From assembly GCF_009914755.1 (NCBI RefSeq), contig NC_060934.1: a stretch of DNA of 64,000 nt. One strand, given 5' to 3'. The first letter of the stretch is position 1. Each line of letters begins with the position of its first letter. This DNA comes from the human T2T-CHM13v2.0 reference genome, Homo sapiens. Under the pieces are notes generated by a model. The model saw nothing but the letters and a program-made list of their open reading frames with translations. It made no database searches and was not told the origin of the DNA. Made by a program: the position numbers and the translations under genes. Positions 35,521 through 50,646 of the stretch are shown here, one piece after another.

Positions 35521-35845
35521 ATAACTCAGCAGCAAAAGGGAACAAACTACTAATATACAGAACAACACTAAATTAAGTGAAAGAATCCTGCCCCCAAAGG
35601 CTACATGTTATATGATTCCATTTATTTGGTATTTTGGAAAAGACAAAACTAGAAAGACAGAAAGTAGATCTATAGTTGCCAGGAGCTAGAGGTGGGAGTC
35701 CGGGCAGAGGAGTTGACTGTGAAGAGGAAAGGGGAATTTTTTGGGGGTAATTCTGCTATCCTATATCTTGATTGTGCTGCAGATGGCATAACTAAACGTG
35801 CTTGTCGAAACTTACTGAGCTGTCCACTAAAAAGGGTGGCTTTAT
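35520..35845 (+). mobile_element. Old L1M (MB/ME-like) 3'UTR fragment
   Basis: tatatgattccattta...tttggaaaagacaaaacta...agttgccagg. Confidence 0.65.
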
Positions 35846-35859
35846 TGTATTCTATGTGT

Positions 35860-36950
35860 TCCCCAAAACTATTTTATCTACTTCATGGGCACATTACAAA
35901 ATAATTTCCAGCCTCCTTTGTAATTATGTCTGGCTGTGTAACTAAATCTTGTGAAGTTATGTGTTCCCTTCCAATACTGATCCATTAAAACCTCCTGCGA
36001 ACTGCCATTCTTTCACTTCCCCCAGATTCTAGATAGATGTACAAGATCCAGCAACAGATTCTGTGAGGTTGAGGTTCTATGGCAGGGTGCAACCATGAGG
36101 TTCTATGGCAGGATGCAACCATGAGGTTCTGTGTCATTGTAGAACCACGAGGTTCTATAGTTGAGGTTTATGGCATTGTAGAACCATGAGGTTCAATAGT
36201 TGATGTTCTATGGCATGGTGGAATCATGAGGTTCTATAGTTGAGGTTTATGGCATAGTGGAATCATGAGGTTCTATAATTGAAGTTCTATGGCATTGTGG
36301 AACCATGAATTTCTATAGTTGAGGTTCTGTGGCATGGTGGAAACATGAAGTTCTCTAGTTGAGGTCCTATGACGTGGTGAAAGCATGAGGTTCTATAGTT
36401 GAGGTTCTATGGCAGTGTGGAACCATGAGGATCTATAATTGAGGTTCTATGGCATCGTGGAAGCATGAGCTTCTATAATTGAGGTTCTATGGCATGGTGG
36501 AATCATGAGGTTCTACAGTTGAGGTTCTATGGCATGGTGGAACCATGAGGTTCTATGAGGTTCTTTAGTTGAGGTTCTATGGCATGGTGGAACCATGAGG
36601 TTCTATGAGATTCCTTAGTTGAGGTTCCGTGGCATGGTGGAACCACGAGGTTCTATGAGGTTCTTTAGTTGAGGTTCTATGGCATGGTGGAACCATGAGG
36701 TTCTATGAGGTTCTTTAGTTGAGGTTCTATGGCATGGTGGAACCATGAGGTTCTATGAGGTTCTTTAGTTAAGGTTCTATGGTATAGTGGAACCTCCAGG
36801 TGGAAGTGACCTGGGTCACTGTGTGACCATATCAGTTGGTGGTCATTCAATTGGATTGTAAAATGAATTAAAAAAAAACCTTTATTTTGTTAAGCCAACT
36901 GAAATTTATTAGGTTTGTTTGTTACAGCACTTTGTATTACTTAGCCTAAA
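35860..36950 (+). mobile_element. MLT1-type MaLR LTR hosting the minisatellite
   Basis: 3' end aaacctttattttgttaagccaactgaaattt...gtttgtttgttacagca; 5' part tttccagcctcctttgtaattatg. Confidence 0.6.
36062..36795. repeat. Minisatellite, 40-bp units changing to 50-bp units, built from a GAGGTTCTAT subunit
   Basis: gaggttctatggcatggtggaaccatgaggttctat(gaggttcttt)agtt repeated about 16 times. Confidence 0.95.
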
Positions 36951-37649
36951 CCAAACAGGAACAAGCACTTCCTTACCTGTTCAGGCATATTAAAAGGTTG
37001 GAATTTTTGGTAAGAGGATAATGAGGTGATTCATCCATAAGGTTGGAGAGCTTCAGATATCTGTGGATGTGGCATTTGCAGTGGTATTTTCTTTGATCTT
37101 CGGGTTTTGGGAACACTTTTGCACTTTCATTTGGGCTAGACTGTAACAAGATGTCTGATTTATATGTTGATTAATGGAAGAGGTATATTAAAATATTCTA
37201 TGTTGAGAGTGTTTTTTTCTTGTTGTGTTTACATAATTTTTTGCTTTGTATTCATTGAACTTATGTTATTAGTTGCTTATAATTTTGGGACTGATAGTTG
37301 TCCATGTGTATTGAACCTTTTATCATTATGAATTGATTTATTTCTATCAATGTTCTTCATTTATAAACAAATTGTTTACTGTTAATGGAATTATACAAGC
37401 TTTCCTCAGTATTTGCTTGGCATATACATAACAGTTTTTCTTCTTTCATACTGTACATCTTTATGTTACAGATATATATTGTCTATAAACAAAATATAGC
37501 TGGATTTAGAAAACACAGTTTATAAGTTTCTTCTTTCTTAAATGAGAACATTTGCTCCATAAGTTTTTAAATTAATATATTTGGAATACTCTTTATCATT
37601 TTATGATTTTTGTGTATTTCATCCACCTTATGATTTTAGTGAAGGAGTT

Positions 37650-39090
37650 AATATATAGATCAATGGAACAGAATGGGAAATCTAGAAATAAACTCATACA
37701 TATACCTACTAAATAATTTTCTACAGGATGCTAAAGCAATTTCATGGGGAAAGAAATGTCTTTTCAACAATGGTGCTGAAGCAAATGAATGTCTGTATGA
37801 AAAAAAATAAACATCAACCCTTCCCTTCCATTACATACAAAAATTAACTTGAGATGAAGTATAGACGTAAATGGGAAAGTTAAAAAAGTAAGACTTTTAG
37901 ATGGAAACATGGGTTAAAATCTTTTGGCAACTTTGAGTAGGAAATTTTGTTAGTTATTACACAAAAAGCATGACTCATAAAATAAAAAAATCGATAAATC
38001 AGATCTTATTATTATTTTTTTTTGAGATAGAGTTTCACTCTTGTTGCCCAGGCTGGAGTGCAATAATGCGATCTCGGCTCACCACAACCTCCACCTCCTG
38101 GATTAAAGTGATTATCCTGCCTCAGCCTCCCGAATAGCTGGGATTATAGGCATGCACCACCATGCCCGGCTAATTTTGTATTTTTAGTAGAGATGGGGTT
38201 TCTCCATGTTGGTCAGGCTGGTCTGGAATTCCCGACCTCAGGTGATCTGCCCAAAGTGCTGCGATTATAGGTGTGAGCCACCACGCCTGGCCAACACTCT
38301 TCTAATTAAAAAATAAGAAGACAAACTATCCAATTTGAAAATGGGCAAAAAATTTGGACAGATACTTTAGGAAACAATGGTCAATAAGACATGAAAACGT
38401 GCTTGACATATCAGGAAAATAAAAGTCCAAATCACAATAAGATAACACTACATATAATTAGAATGCTTATGGTAAAATTTCTGGGAATACAAATATTGGT
38501 GAGAATTTGAAGCAACAGGAATTCTCCTACACTTCAAATTACTTTGGAAGATTGTCACATTTTAAGAAGTACACATATGCCTACCATATGATCCAGGCAT
38601 TTTGTTCTAGGTATAAAATGAAAACATGGATCTACACAAAGATGAATGTTAATAACTGCTTTATGCCCAATAGCCAAAAAGTGGACACAACCTAAATATC
38701 TGTGAATGGATAAGTGAAATGTGGTATATCTTTACAACTGAATAGTACTCCGAAATAAAGAATGAACTGCTGATTCATAATACAGCATGCATCGACCTCA
38801 GAATTATTCTAAGTAAAAGGATCAAGACACAAGAAATGGATATTGTGTGATGCCATTCATGTAAAAAAGTGCAGAAAATGCTATACTATAAAAAATATAT
38901 AGCAGCAATTGTCTGGTACCAGTGGTAGAGAGTGGTAGGTAATGTGAAAGCACTTGAGGTAGCTTTTGGGGTGATAAAATAGTCTGTATTTTGGTTGTGG
39001 CATTGGTTTCATGGTTATAATAATCTATTGAAGCTCACTGAATTGCACACATTCATACAGCTTATTTTAGATATACCTTAATAAATTTGA
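37650..39090 (+). mobile_element. Old L1ME/L1M ORF2 3' end and 3'UTR, interrupted by an Alu
   Basis: atagatcaatggaacagaat...agaaataaactcatacata; gtcttttcaacaatggtgctg. Confidence 0.7.
38005..38292 (-). mobile_element. AluS (Sp-like)
   Basis: tttctccatgttggtcaggctggtc...cccgacctcaggtgat. Confidence 0.9.
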
Positions 39091-41620
39091 TTAATTTTTT
39101 TCATTAGGTTTAGAACTCTTACACCTAATTTGTCTCAGTATGCATATAATTCCACTTTCTTCTGGTTTCCATTGTTGCACAGGATAAATTGTCTGTCAGT
39201 CTCATTATAATTCCTTTGCATGTGATGTCTATTTTTTCTCTTGCTTTATTTAGGATTTCTCTTTTTCATTGTTTTTTGGAAGTTTCATTATGATGTATAT
39301 TTCTCTCTTTAATCTTGCTTGATATTTGTGAGGATTCTGAATTTGTGGAGAGGGATCTTCCAGAGATTTTAGGAACTTGAAGTCATTATTCCTTCAAATA
39401 TTTCCTATATCATTCTTTTTCCTTTCTCATTCTATTAAACTCCTTCACTGGACATGCTTTGGGCACTGTTATCTGTTCCTGTACCTTTAAAGTCATGAAA
39501 AATTCCAAAACTTAAAATTACCAAATTTAAGAATTGACTTTCTTTAAGGAATGATCTGTTTTAAATTCTCTTCTTACCTTGTTGCGTTTCTTTCCTCACT
39601 TAATTTTTGACATCTAAATATTCCTTACTTTTCTTGCTAGCTAGCTATAGACATTTAAAAAGATTAAAAATATACTTCACTTGGCATTTTAACTTGTTTT
39701 TGGTTGGAGGATTAGTTATGAAACCTGGTCTGTACTATCAGAAAATAGAATTGCATGGTACATATCGCTCCATTTAAAAGCTGTATTATGATATATCTAT
39801 TAATATTTAAATTATTTATTTAACAGTTCCTTAGTCACTGCAAAGCTCAAGGTCTAAAATAGTTTCTACAGGCTGAAAAAAAGTTTATAAACACAAAACA
39901 CATGAGAAAATCCTGGACAGATTTTGCTTTGATGGTATTGTATAATCTGAGGCTCATTTACAATGAGATTGCAATGAGACCTAAAACATTTTAAATTGAA
40001 CAGGAGATTACATTGTTAAGAGTCCATTATTTCTTAACAATTCACTTTAGAAAAATGTATCTGCATTTCAAAATGATCTCAGAATTATAAAAAGCAAAAT
40101 TTGGTAGCTGTAAAGAGAACCTTTTGAGACAGTTGTGATATTGGAAGGAAAACGAACAATTCATTTCTTTTGTCTAGGTTGGTGAAATAATATTTCAGAA
40201 ATGACAGATCTTACAGATCAAAAGCTTTAACTTTATTATTATTCAACTCTTATCAATGTTAAGCCTGTTATTCAATAGCCCAGTTATTCTTAATATTTTG
40301 GAATTTGATACCTAGTTTGACTTTATGATCCATTTTACTTTAACACCTTTGAATTTCAGATCCTGTGGTGATGTTAACCAGGTTTGAGCACTAGCATTCC
40401 TAATGTGCATTGAAGACATCCTGTCTTATGCTTATTTATGCCAGTTTTAGCGGTTTTCCAAATCTCTAAGGTAAATTACTGTACTTCTAGCTTATACAAT
40501 TGATCACACAGACACACAAAAACAAATACGTCAATGAAATACGCATTCACATTTCGGTGCTTATTTTTAGTCCAGAAATATTTATATAAATATTTTAAAT
40601 GAAATAATTTATATCTCTGTATTATTTTTATTACTGATATCAGTGTCTAAATGTGACTGTTGTTTAATGTTTATTAAGAAGAAGGAGACCTTGAATTTAC
40701 ATCTCATTGTGTATTGTTCTAGAAGAGATTCTTTTTTTGGATAAAATATCTCTTAAGTTGTCACCTTTTCCAATGCATTCTAAAGTTTGTTATTTCTGCA
40801 TTCATATTTTAGATGCATAATTTTATGTCACGCTATAGTTGTGAAAAAGGATTATTTTATAAGCACTACTTCAAATTTCTAAACAGAATATCAACTGGAA
40901 CTTTAGAGCAGAGTTGAATTGTGAAAGGAGCATGGACTTATATCAGGCTCTAATTTTAAAAAGTATCCATTAATTTTATAAACATTGCTTTAAATTTCTG
41001 AACAAAAAATAATATGGAAGATAGAGAACAATATTGGATATTGTAGAATGAACACAGTTTTGAGGTTTGAGTGTGGCTGTACTCTTCACTGGCTATGTCC
41101 ACACCAGAAAAAGTATTTTACAAATATTCAATAGCTCAAAGCTAGAATGAGTTGAATATTATCTACCCAACCGAGTTGTAATGCATTTCTATTAAGTACA
41201 ATATGTATGATGACTATTACATAGGTACTAAAAAATGAGCTTTACTATTTTTGGGTCAACTCTGCAGATTTATTTATTTATCTGCAGCTCAAATTTATTT
41301 AATTTGTGGGGCAAGGATTGTAAGACTCTACAACTTATGCTTAAAGCTGTATAATACAGCTGGTGGTTAGAAAATTTAGTGGCAGTTTCTAAAGGTCTGC
41401 ACTGAGAAATGCTAATTCCAAGGTCTTTCTTTCTTTATTCCATTTACTCCCAGTGGATGACAATCAAGGAACATCATGCAATCCACAGAGCTGTGAGCAA
41501 TGAGGAAAGGAACCTCTGCAGCTTAGAGGCAGCAGTCTATCACCCTTTTGTCAGAGAACCTTTGTAGAAGAGTCAATGTTTTTTGCCATTTGAAAATCTC
41601 TGTTTCTGCAAGATGCCATG

Positions 41621-42214
<594 letters not shown>

Positions 42215-42320
42215 TAGTATTTTTCTAAGCACCACTGAAACATGATTTCTGTTTGAAGCAGCCCATTATTTTCTGTGAAATAAACCAGAACATTGAAAAG
42301 CTATGCAGTAGTCCATATTG

Positions 42321-42618
42321 ATTTTTTTTTTTTTGAGACAGAGCCTCACTCCATCACCCAGGTTGGAGTGCAGTGGCATGATCTCTGCTCACACTGCAAT
42401 GTCTGCCCCCTGGGTTCAAGGGAGTCTCCTGCCTCAGCCGCCAAAGTAGCTGAGATTACAGGTACCCACCACTACACCCAGCTAATTTTTGTATTTTTAG
42501 TAGAGATGGGGTTTCATGATGTTGGCCAGGCTGGTCTTGAACTCCTGACCTCAAGTGATCCACCTGTCTCAGCCTCCCAAAGTGCTGGGATTACAGGCAT
42601 GAGGCATCGTGCCTAGCT
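42321..42618 (-). mobile_element. AluS
   Basis: Full dimer. Confidence 0.9.
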
Positions 42619-43824
42619 TGATTTGGTTTGTTCCCCAAATTCCTTTTAAATTTCTTTTGCATCTGCCCCTCCAGTTAATTTCATTGTTGGATGCATATAT
42701 TTTTGTAATGCAACACATTCTTGTGTTTATTTTAGGGAGGCAATTGAAGTTGTCACCTACTGTACAACACAGTGGCCCTTGTATGAAGATCCAAGACACA
42801 TATGGAAATTAAAGATTTAATTATCACTCCTTTGGAGGATTTGTTGGCCATCAGCAACTTGGGCTTAACTTGGGTCCAATTTTATAATTTTAGTAAATTA
42901 TAATAATATTTATGATATCTATAACTATATACTAGTGCTTGGTCTTATTGTTCAGATATAGCTATAGTTTTTCTTGTTTAATTTTTATGTGTTTATTTTT
43001 TATTTTGTTGAATTAATTTTGTCTTTCATCGGTATTTGTTAGTTCCTCATTTTTTTGTGTCTTTCTGTGTATGTAAATAGGTAATTCCTCTAAATAACAT
43101 TTCTTTTATTATCAACATTCTGTCAGTGCTAGTTTACTCTTTGTATTAATTCCCAACAAATTTTTCAGTTTAATACTCAGGGTAATATTTTTAACATATT
43201 AAAAAGAATTAAGGAGGAAGAGAAATTGGAAGTATGTAAAGATGGGAAAGCTTAATAGTTGTAGCTATTTGGGAAGACAGTGATGTGAAGGAAATAATTA
43301 TTACCTACTTACATAAAATTCAGTATTCCTTATAGTTTTAAAGAGCTAGTCCTTTAAGAAACAATTGCTATTTTTTAAAAAAATAAAAATATTATACATC
43401 CCCAAAGAGAAAATTTCTGAGGTTGTAAATCACAATGCTTACAATTGAGTACTTTGTGAATCCCCTAACTTCCTTCCCCACAAATAAGCAATTTTTTTCT
43501 ACCATTTAGATATTCAAAATATGCTTTGCTTCTGGGGATTGATGAAACTGCCATTTAATTAAAGAATAGTTTTTAAAGCAAATTTCATTTGATCACTTCC
43601 CTTAAGCATAATACTTGACTAGTGTGTCCCTCATGGAACTCTTTTAGTATTCTCACTGCTTGAAGAAAATCTTAGCTATAGTTTGAAGTGATCAAAAATT
43701 TATTAATATTTATTCATTTTTTAGTTATGTATCATCCTTTTTATCTTTAGAAAAAGGACAAAAATATTCTTAGGTGATCTACCACGTGGGAATGCAGTTA
43801 ATTACTCTATTGTCTTTGAAATTC

Positions 43825-44122
<298 letters not shown>

Positions 44123-44333
44123 CAAAATTCTTTATCTGGTGTCCATTCTGTCCTGGTTTTCCCTTACCTCACTGGCTTTCCTTTCTAATTTACCTGCTTG
44201 GTACTTAAAAAAAACAAACCAACCCAGAAACCTCCCTAGCCTTTGAAAACTGGAATACTCCTTGGGCGCTTTTCTTCAGACCAGCTCCCTAAGAGACCTT
44301 ACATGGTCTTGTAGCTTAAAAATATTATGTTGA

Positions 44334-44728
<395 letters not shown>

Positions 44729-45002
44729 AACCCTTCCATTTCTTAAACTTAGTTTCCAATTATTTCCAAAGCTGGATCCTCTCAGAATCCTCCCTAAGTC
44801 AGGTAAATGCAGATAGTTGTTCAGGCCAAAAATCTTGGAGTTATCTTCAACTCCACTTTTAATTTCACATCCCAAGTACAATCTGTCAGTCTTCCTATTG
44901 GTTCATTTTCAAGATATGTCAAAAATCTGACTGATAACTATTGTTATCACTCTGATCCAAACCACCACTGTATTAGACTTGGATAATTGCAATAGCCTCC
45001 TA

Positions 45003-45395
45003 TGTTAGTCATGACACTAACTGCTTAGCAAACAACTCCAAAGTCTCAGAGGTTTAGTGCAATAAATGTTTGTCATTTTCTCACATGACAGTGAGTAGGT
45101 GAAGGAGCTCTGATCCACATGGCCATTCAGGGTCCCAGAATTCTTCCGTGTAGTGGATCTACCTTTCTTTACAACATGGAATTAATTACATATTGGATTA
45201 TCTGCATCTGGCAGAGAGTGTGTATGTGTTTTCTCATAGGCCGGGACTGGAAGTAGAGTAGCATCATTTCTGACTACTTCTTTTTGGCCAGAAGTCAGTT
45301 GCATAGTCCTGTCTAGCAAGGGAAACTGGGAAATAGCATGTAGCTATGTATTAAGGGAAGCAATAAAATTATTTGATGAACACATGGCAGTCATG
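45003..45395 (-). mobile_element. Old MLT1 (J/K-like) LTR
   Basis: aaacaactccaaagtctcagaggtttag; ttggccagaagtcagttgcatag; gggaaactgggaaat. Confidence 0.55.
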
Positions 45396-45605
45396 TGATC
45401 CTGTTAAAACGTAAGAATCAAATTGGTTTATTGTTTAATACTTTCCAATGTTTTCCTTCTCTCTCTCTGTAAAAAACAAAACAAAACAAAAAAACAAAAA
45501 AAGAAACAACTCAACATGTATAGTGGGCTATGGAGCCCTGCATGATCTTTGACTTTATTTCCTAGTTTTCTTCCCCTTGTTCTCTCCTCTCCAGTCAAAC
45601 CGGTT

Positions 45606-46110
45606 TCTTTTTAATTTTTTTTTATTTTTAATGTTTGTAGGTACATAGTAGGTGTATATATTTATGGGATCCATGAGCTGTTTTGATACAGGCATGCAAT
45701 GTGTAACAGTCATATCATGGAAAATGGGGTATCCATCCCCTTAAGCATTTATCCTTTGAGTTATGAACAATCCAATTATACTCTTCATTATTTTAAAATG
45801 TACAATTAAATTATTATTGACTATAGTCACCCTGTTTTGCTATCAAATCATAGGTTTTATTCATTCTTTCTATTTTTTTTTTTGTACTCCTTAACCATCC
45901 CCACCTGTTCCCCACCCTCCCACTACCCTTCCTAGCCTCTGGTAACCATCATTCTACTCTCTAGCTCCATGACTTCGATTGTTTTGATTTTTAGATCCCA
46001 CAAGTAAGTGGGAACATGTGATGTTTGTCTTTCTGTGCCTGGCTTATTTCACTTAACATAATGATCTTCTGCTCTATCCATGTTGTTGCAAATGACAGAA
46101 TCTGGTTGTT
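45606..46110 (-). mobile_element. L1MA 3' end
   Basis: ggtacatagtaggtgtatatatttatggg...gttttgatacaggcatgcaatgtg. Confidence 0.85.
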
Positions 46111-46156
46111 TTTTGGTTTGTTTGTTTTACACGCTGGCTTCTACAATGGTCTTTGA

Positions 46157-46840
<684 letters not shown>

Positions 46841-47476
46841 TAATAATTATAGTAATAGGATTACAAACTTGTATAATAATGACTTGTCAAGTGAATGAAT
46901 TCTTTATTCTCAAGAACTTAAAAATCAAGCTAGGAAGAGAGAGAGAGACAACTGTAATGTATCACTACAAGAGAAAGATGTCAAGAGTCATAGAAACAAA
47001 GGAAAGACTGATTTGTCTCTGCCTAGAATCCGTCAGATACCTCAATGGGCACAATGTTTATCTGGGCATTGAAGAACGAGACAGTGTCTTCTAGGTTTTG
47101 AGGAGAGAGCCTTTCTAGGGAGAAAAATGTCACAAACAAAGGTTTGAAAGCAGGAGTATTGTGACATTTGGGAAACAACTGAGAAATGTGAGGAAACTGG
47201 AAATAAATATGTGTGCCTATATTTCAGAATGGGGAAATTAGGTTGAAATACTAAATTAGTCCAAAAGTGTCTAGCACTATAACAAATTTGGATTTCATGC
47301 TGCTGGCAGTGGAGAAACTTTGCAGTCCTTAGTAGGATTATGCTGAGTCTAGGTGTATATGTATGAAAAATAGACTTGGTGAAGAGTGCAGGAAGACTGA
47401 AGGGCAAGTGGCCTGGAACTCAGGTGAGAGGCTATTCTGATACCCACAACAGAAATGAATACCTGATCTAAAGTAA

Positions 47477-48029
47477 CGTTAGATATGAGTTCTAAATTTC
47501 TTTTCAAATAATCAATATGTTAGTGTGTTCAGTTCTTTGCCTTCTACTTTTAAACTTAACTTCCTCATAAAGCAACATTTTTTGATTACCTGCTCTACCT
47601 TGACTCATTTCAATCACCTGCTGCAACCTAACTCATTCCGATTACCTGCTCCATCCTGACTCATTCCGATTACCTGCTCCACCCTGACTCATTCTGATTA
47701 CCTGCTCCACCCTGACCCATTACTTGCTCTGTCATAACCATTTTTCCAGCCAAACCACTCACCCTGTCACTGTCTTTAAATTAGCCAATCTGAATTAGTT
47801 TAGCCTGTGTGGTCTAACTCTAGCCAATAGGGGAATGACACAGCAGCAGGGGCCACGTGCATCAGGGATAAGAACCCTTTCCCCTCCCTTGTCCAAGTGT
47901 GCGCTCACCGTTGCTCCATCTGTAAGGGCGTACCCTTCTATAGAAGTACCTTGCCTTGCTGAGAATTAAAAAGAAAATTTTATATTCGAGTGCTGTTTCT
48001 TTTGTGGCACTGAAACTTTATATATAACA
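47477..48029 (+). mobile_element. LTR10A/F solo LTR (HERVIP10 family)
   Basis: Start gttagatatgagttctaaatttc; 28-bp ATTACCTGCTCCACCCTGACTCATTCCG array; ATTAAA 47965-47970; ends taaca; flanks gtaa/ataa. Confidence 0.9.
47585..47725 (+). promoter_or_regulatory. AP-1 (TGACTCA) tandem array in LTR10
   Basis: Five 28-bp units; perfect TGACTCA at 47601, 47657 and 47685. Confidence 0.75.
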
Positions 48030-48096
48030 ATAAGATATTAAAAAAGGGCTCATATGGATAAATCTAATCTACCTGACCTAAGATATTCAACAAGGG

Positions 48097-48803
48097 GACA
48101 TGTGGGGATTATGGGAGCTACAATTCAAGATGAGATTTTGATACAGGAGCTAAAAAGAAATTATTTAAGCAGTTAGTAAGGGTAAGAGATCCTCAGGAAG
48201 GCTACCTTTTTAACAAAAAGCAGCCCCTAAATCATTTCTTTTCTAACAAAGAGCAGACTGAAAAATCAAGCTGCAGAAATGGAAAAGCAAGCTAGAAGCT
48301 TGCACTGGTAAATGCCAGCAGCTGTGTCAATAGGAAAAGGCTACCTGGGGGCCAGGCATGTTCACCATGGTGGCTGCATCTTCCCTTTTCTTTATCAACC
48401 ACGTGTACAGTAAAGAGGCAGGCAGAATGGCACTGACCAGGTAGAGAATCCGCTGGCATAATAAAAGATTGGGATGGGGTGGCTAGCTTCTTTGTGTGCT
48501 ATGTAAATGGAACACCTGGTCTGACTAATCTTTTGGACCCTATGTAAATCAGACACTGCCTCCTCAAGCCCGCCTATAAAACCCCATACAACCATGGAAC
48601 AGGAAGACCGACTTGGGAACCCGTCTCTGTCTGCAGGAGAGAGAGCTTTTCTCTTTTCTCTCACCTGCTAATCCTCTGCTCTTAAACTCACTTCTTGTGT
48701 GTCCCTGTGCTTGATTTCCTTGGCGTGAGATGACGAACCTCGGGTATTTACCGCACACAATGACGCCACTTCACCATGGGTGGGGACATAGCCAAACAAC
48801 ATC
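48097..48803 (-). mobile_element. THE1 LTR terminal fragment (48097-48138 and about 48777-48803), split by LTR9
   Basis: ggattatgggagctacaattcaagatgagattt ... tgggtggggacatagccaaacaacatca. Confidence 0.8.
48139..48773 (+). mobile_element. ERV1 solo LTR, LTR9-like (HUERS-P3 group)
   Basis: Start tgatacaggagctaaaaagaaattattta; TATAAAA near 48575; ends gccacttca. Confidence 0.7.
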
Positions 48804-48809
48804 AAAGGA

Positions 48810-49117
48810 AGAGACTGATGGCTCTCTCTCTTTCTGTGGGGGAGCCTGAAGTTATAGGACACACTCCTCATTATGCGATGCTGCTGAGGAGAACAAGCCC
48901 CAAGCTCAGGCTAGCCTGCTAGAAGACAAAACACCATCAAGTTACCCCAGCTGAGGACATTAGATCATTCAGTCCCTAGCTGACCTGCCAGCTGATGAAA
49001 GAAGCATGGGCAAGTCCACAGATCAGTGGTGCTTGGTCCAGATAAGCAGAACTTCTCAAAATTCCATAGATTCAAAGTTCTGGAGTAGTTTGTTACTCAT
49101 CAGTAGTTAATGGATAC
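48810..49117 (+). mobile_element. MLT1-type LTR 3' fragment
   Basis: Ends gttctggagtagtttgttactcatcagtagttaatggataca. Confidence 0.6.
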
Positions 49118-50192
49118 AAATATCTTAAAAATTTACAATACTTATTAACATAATATTAACAATGAGAAAAGAAATAACGTACATAACCAAAACAACTACA
49201 ATGAAAAGTGTATAATTCTGTTTGAAAAAAAGATATTCAACAAGGGCTCATATGGACAAATCTAATCAGTCATGAAGATATAATCTAAATTGCTTGCCTG
49301 TCTCTAAATGGTAGTGGAAAGAACTCTGTCCAAATGTGGCTACCCTTTAGAACTTAGAGATCATGGGATTATTGGCTTTGGCTTAAATTTAGTATTATAC
49401 TTCTCCATCCATGTAGAAACTGTTTCTAATACTTTCCATGGCCATTAGAGCAAGGTCTTTAAAGTTTGAATCTCCAGCAGTTTATTGTGAAGATATTATT
49501 TCGTGAACAAAAAAAAAAGACATGGACATTTACATGACTAAATGTTGACAAATGGTTTGGTTTTGAATTTGATCCTAATTCGTCAGACCTATTTAGCCTT
49601 TCTCAAACAAGCTTCATCATCTACAAATGGTGTATGTCACAACTGACTTTATTCTGTGCAATTTAAAAAGTATTTATTAAATATGTTCTTCACATTGTAA
49701 GGTACTACAAGCACACAAACATGACTCATATGCAGAGAAAAGCAGTCGAGTCAGTGCCTATCTGTCACTGGACCATTCCAGTCATCCCCATAATCGAGTG
49801 ACAATAGTACTTGAGGGCCTTGAAAATAATGCTGAATAGGATTGCTTCTCTGGAAAGAAGACATTCATGCTTATATTAACTTTCTAAATCTGAATTGAAT
49901 GATTTCCAAAAGATTGTCTTTTAGTTTTTATTGTTCCTAAATGTTCTGCATTTTAAAATTTAGCAGTAATGTGATATTGGATATTCTAAGTTGTGGCTTG
50001 TGTATGTGTGTGCTTATGTCATGGGTATGGGGCTGATGAGTAACTAGGCTTTGACCAATTAGGTATTAAGGAATCAAGACCATCCATCAGTTTTTAAGTG
50101 ACATAATATGCTTATCCTGAGAGATAGTATACAATCCAGAAAAATTTTTGCTTTTTTTCTTTTTAGTGATAAAATCTGTTTCTTAATAACAC

Positions 50193-50646
<454 letters not shown>

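Noticed and set aside
36062-36795. CRISPR-like array
   Set aside because: Units are contiguous with no unique spacers, there are no cas genes and the context is eukaryotic; it is a minisatellite.
39500-41040. AT-rich, apparently unique stretch as a conserved element
   Set aside because: No motif, ORF or structure I can support from sequence alone; it would need a conservation track.
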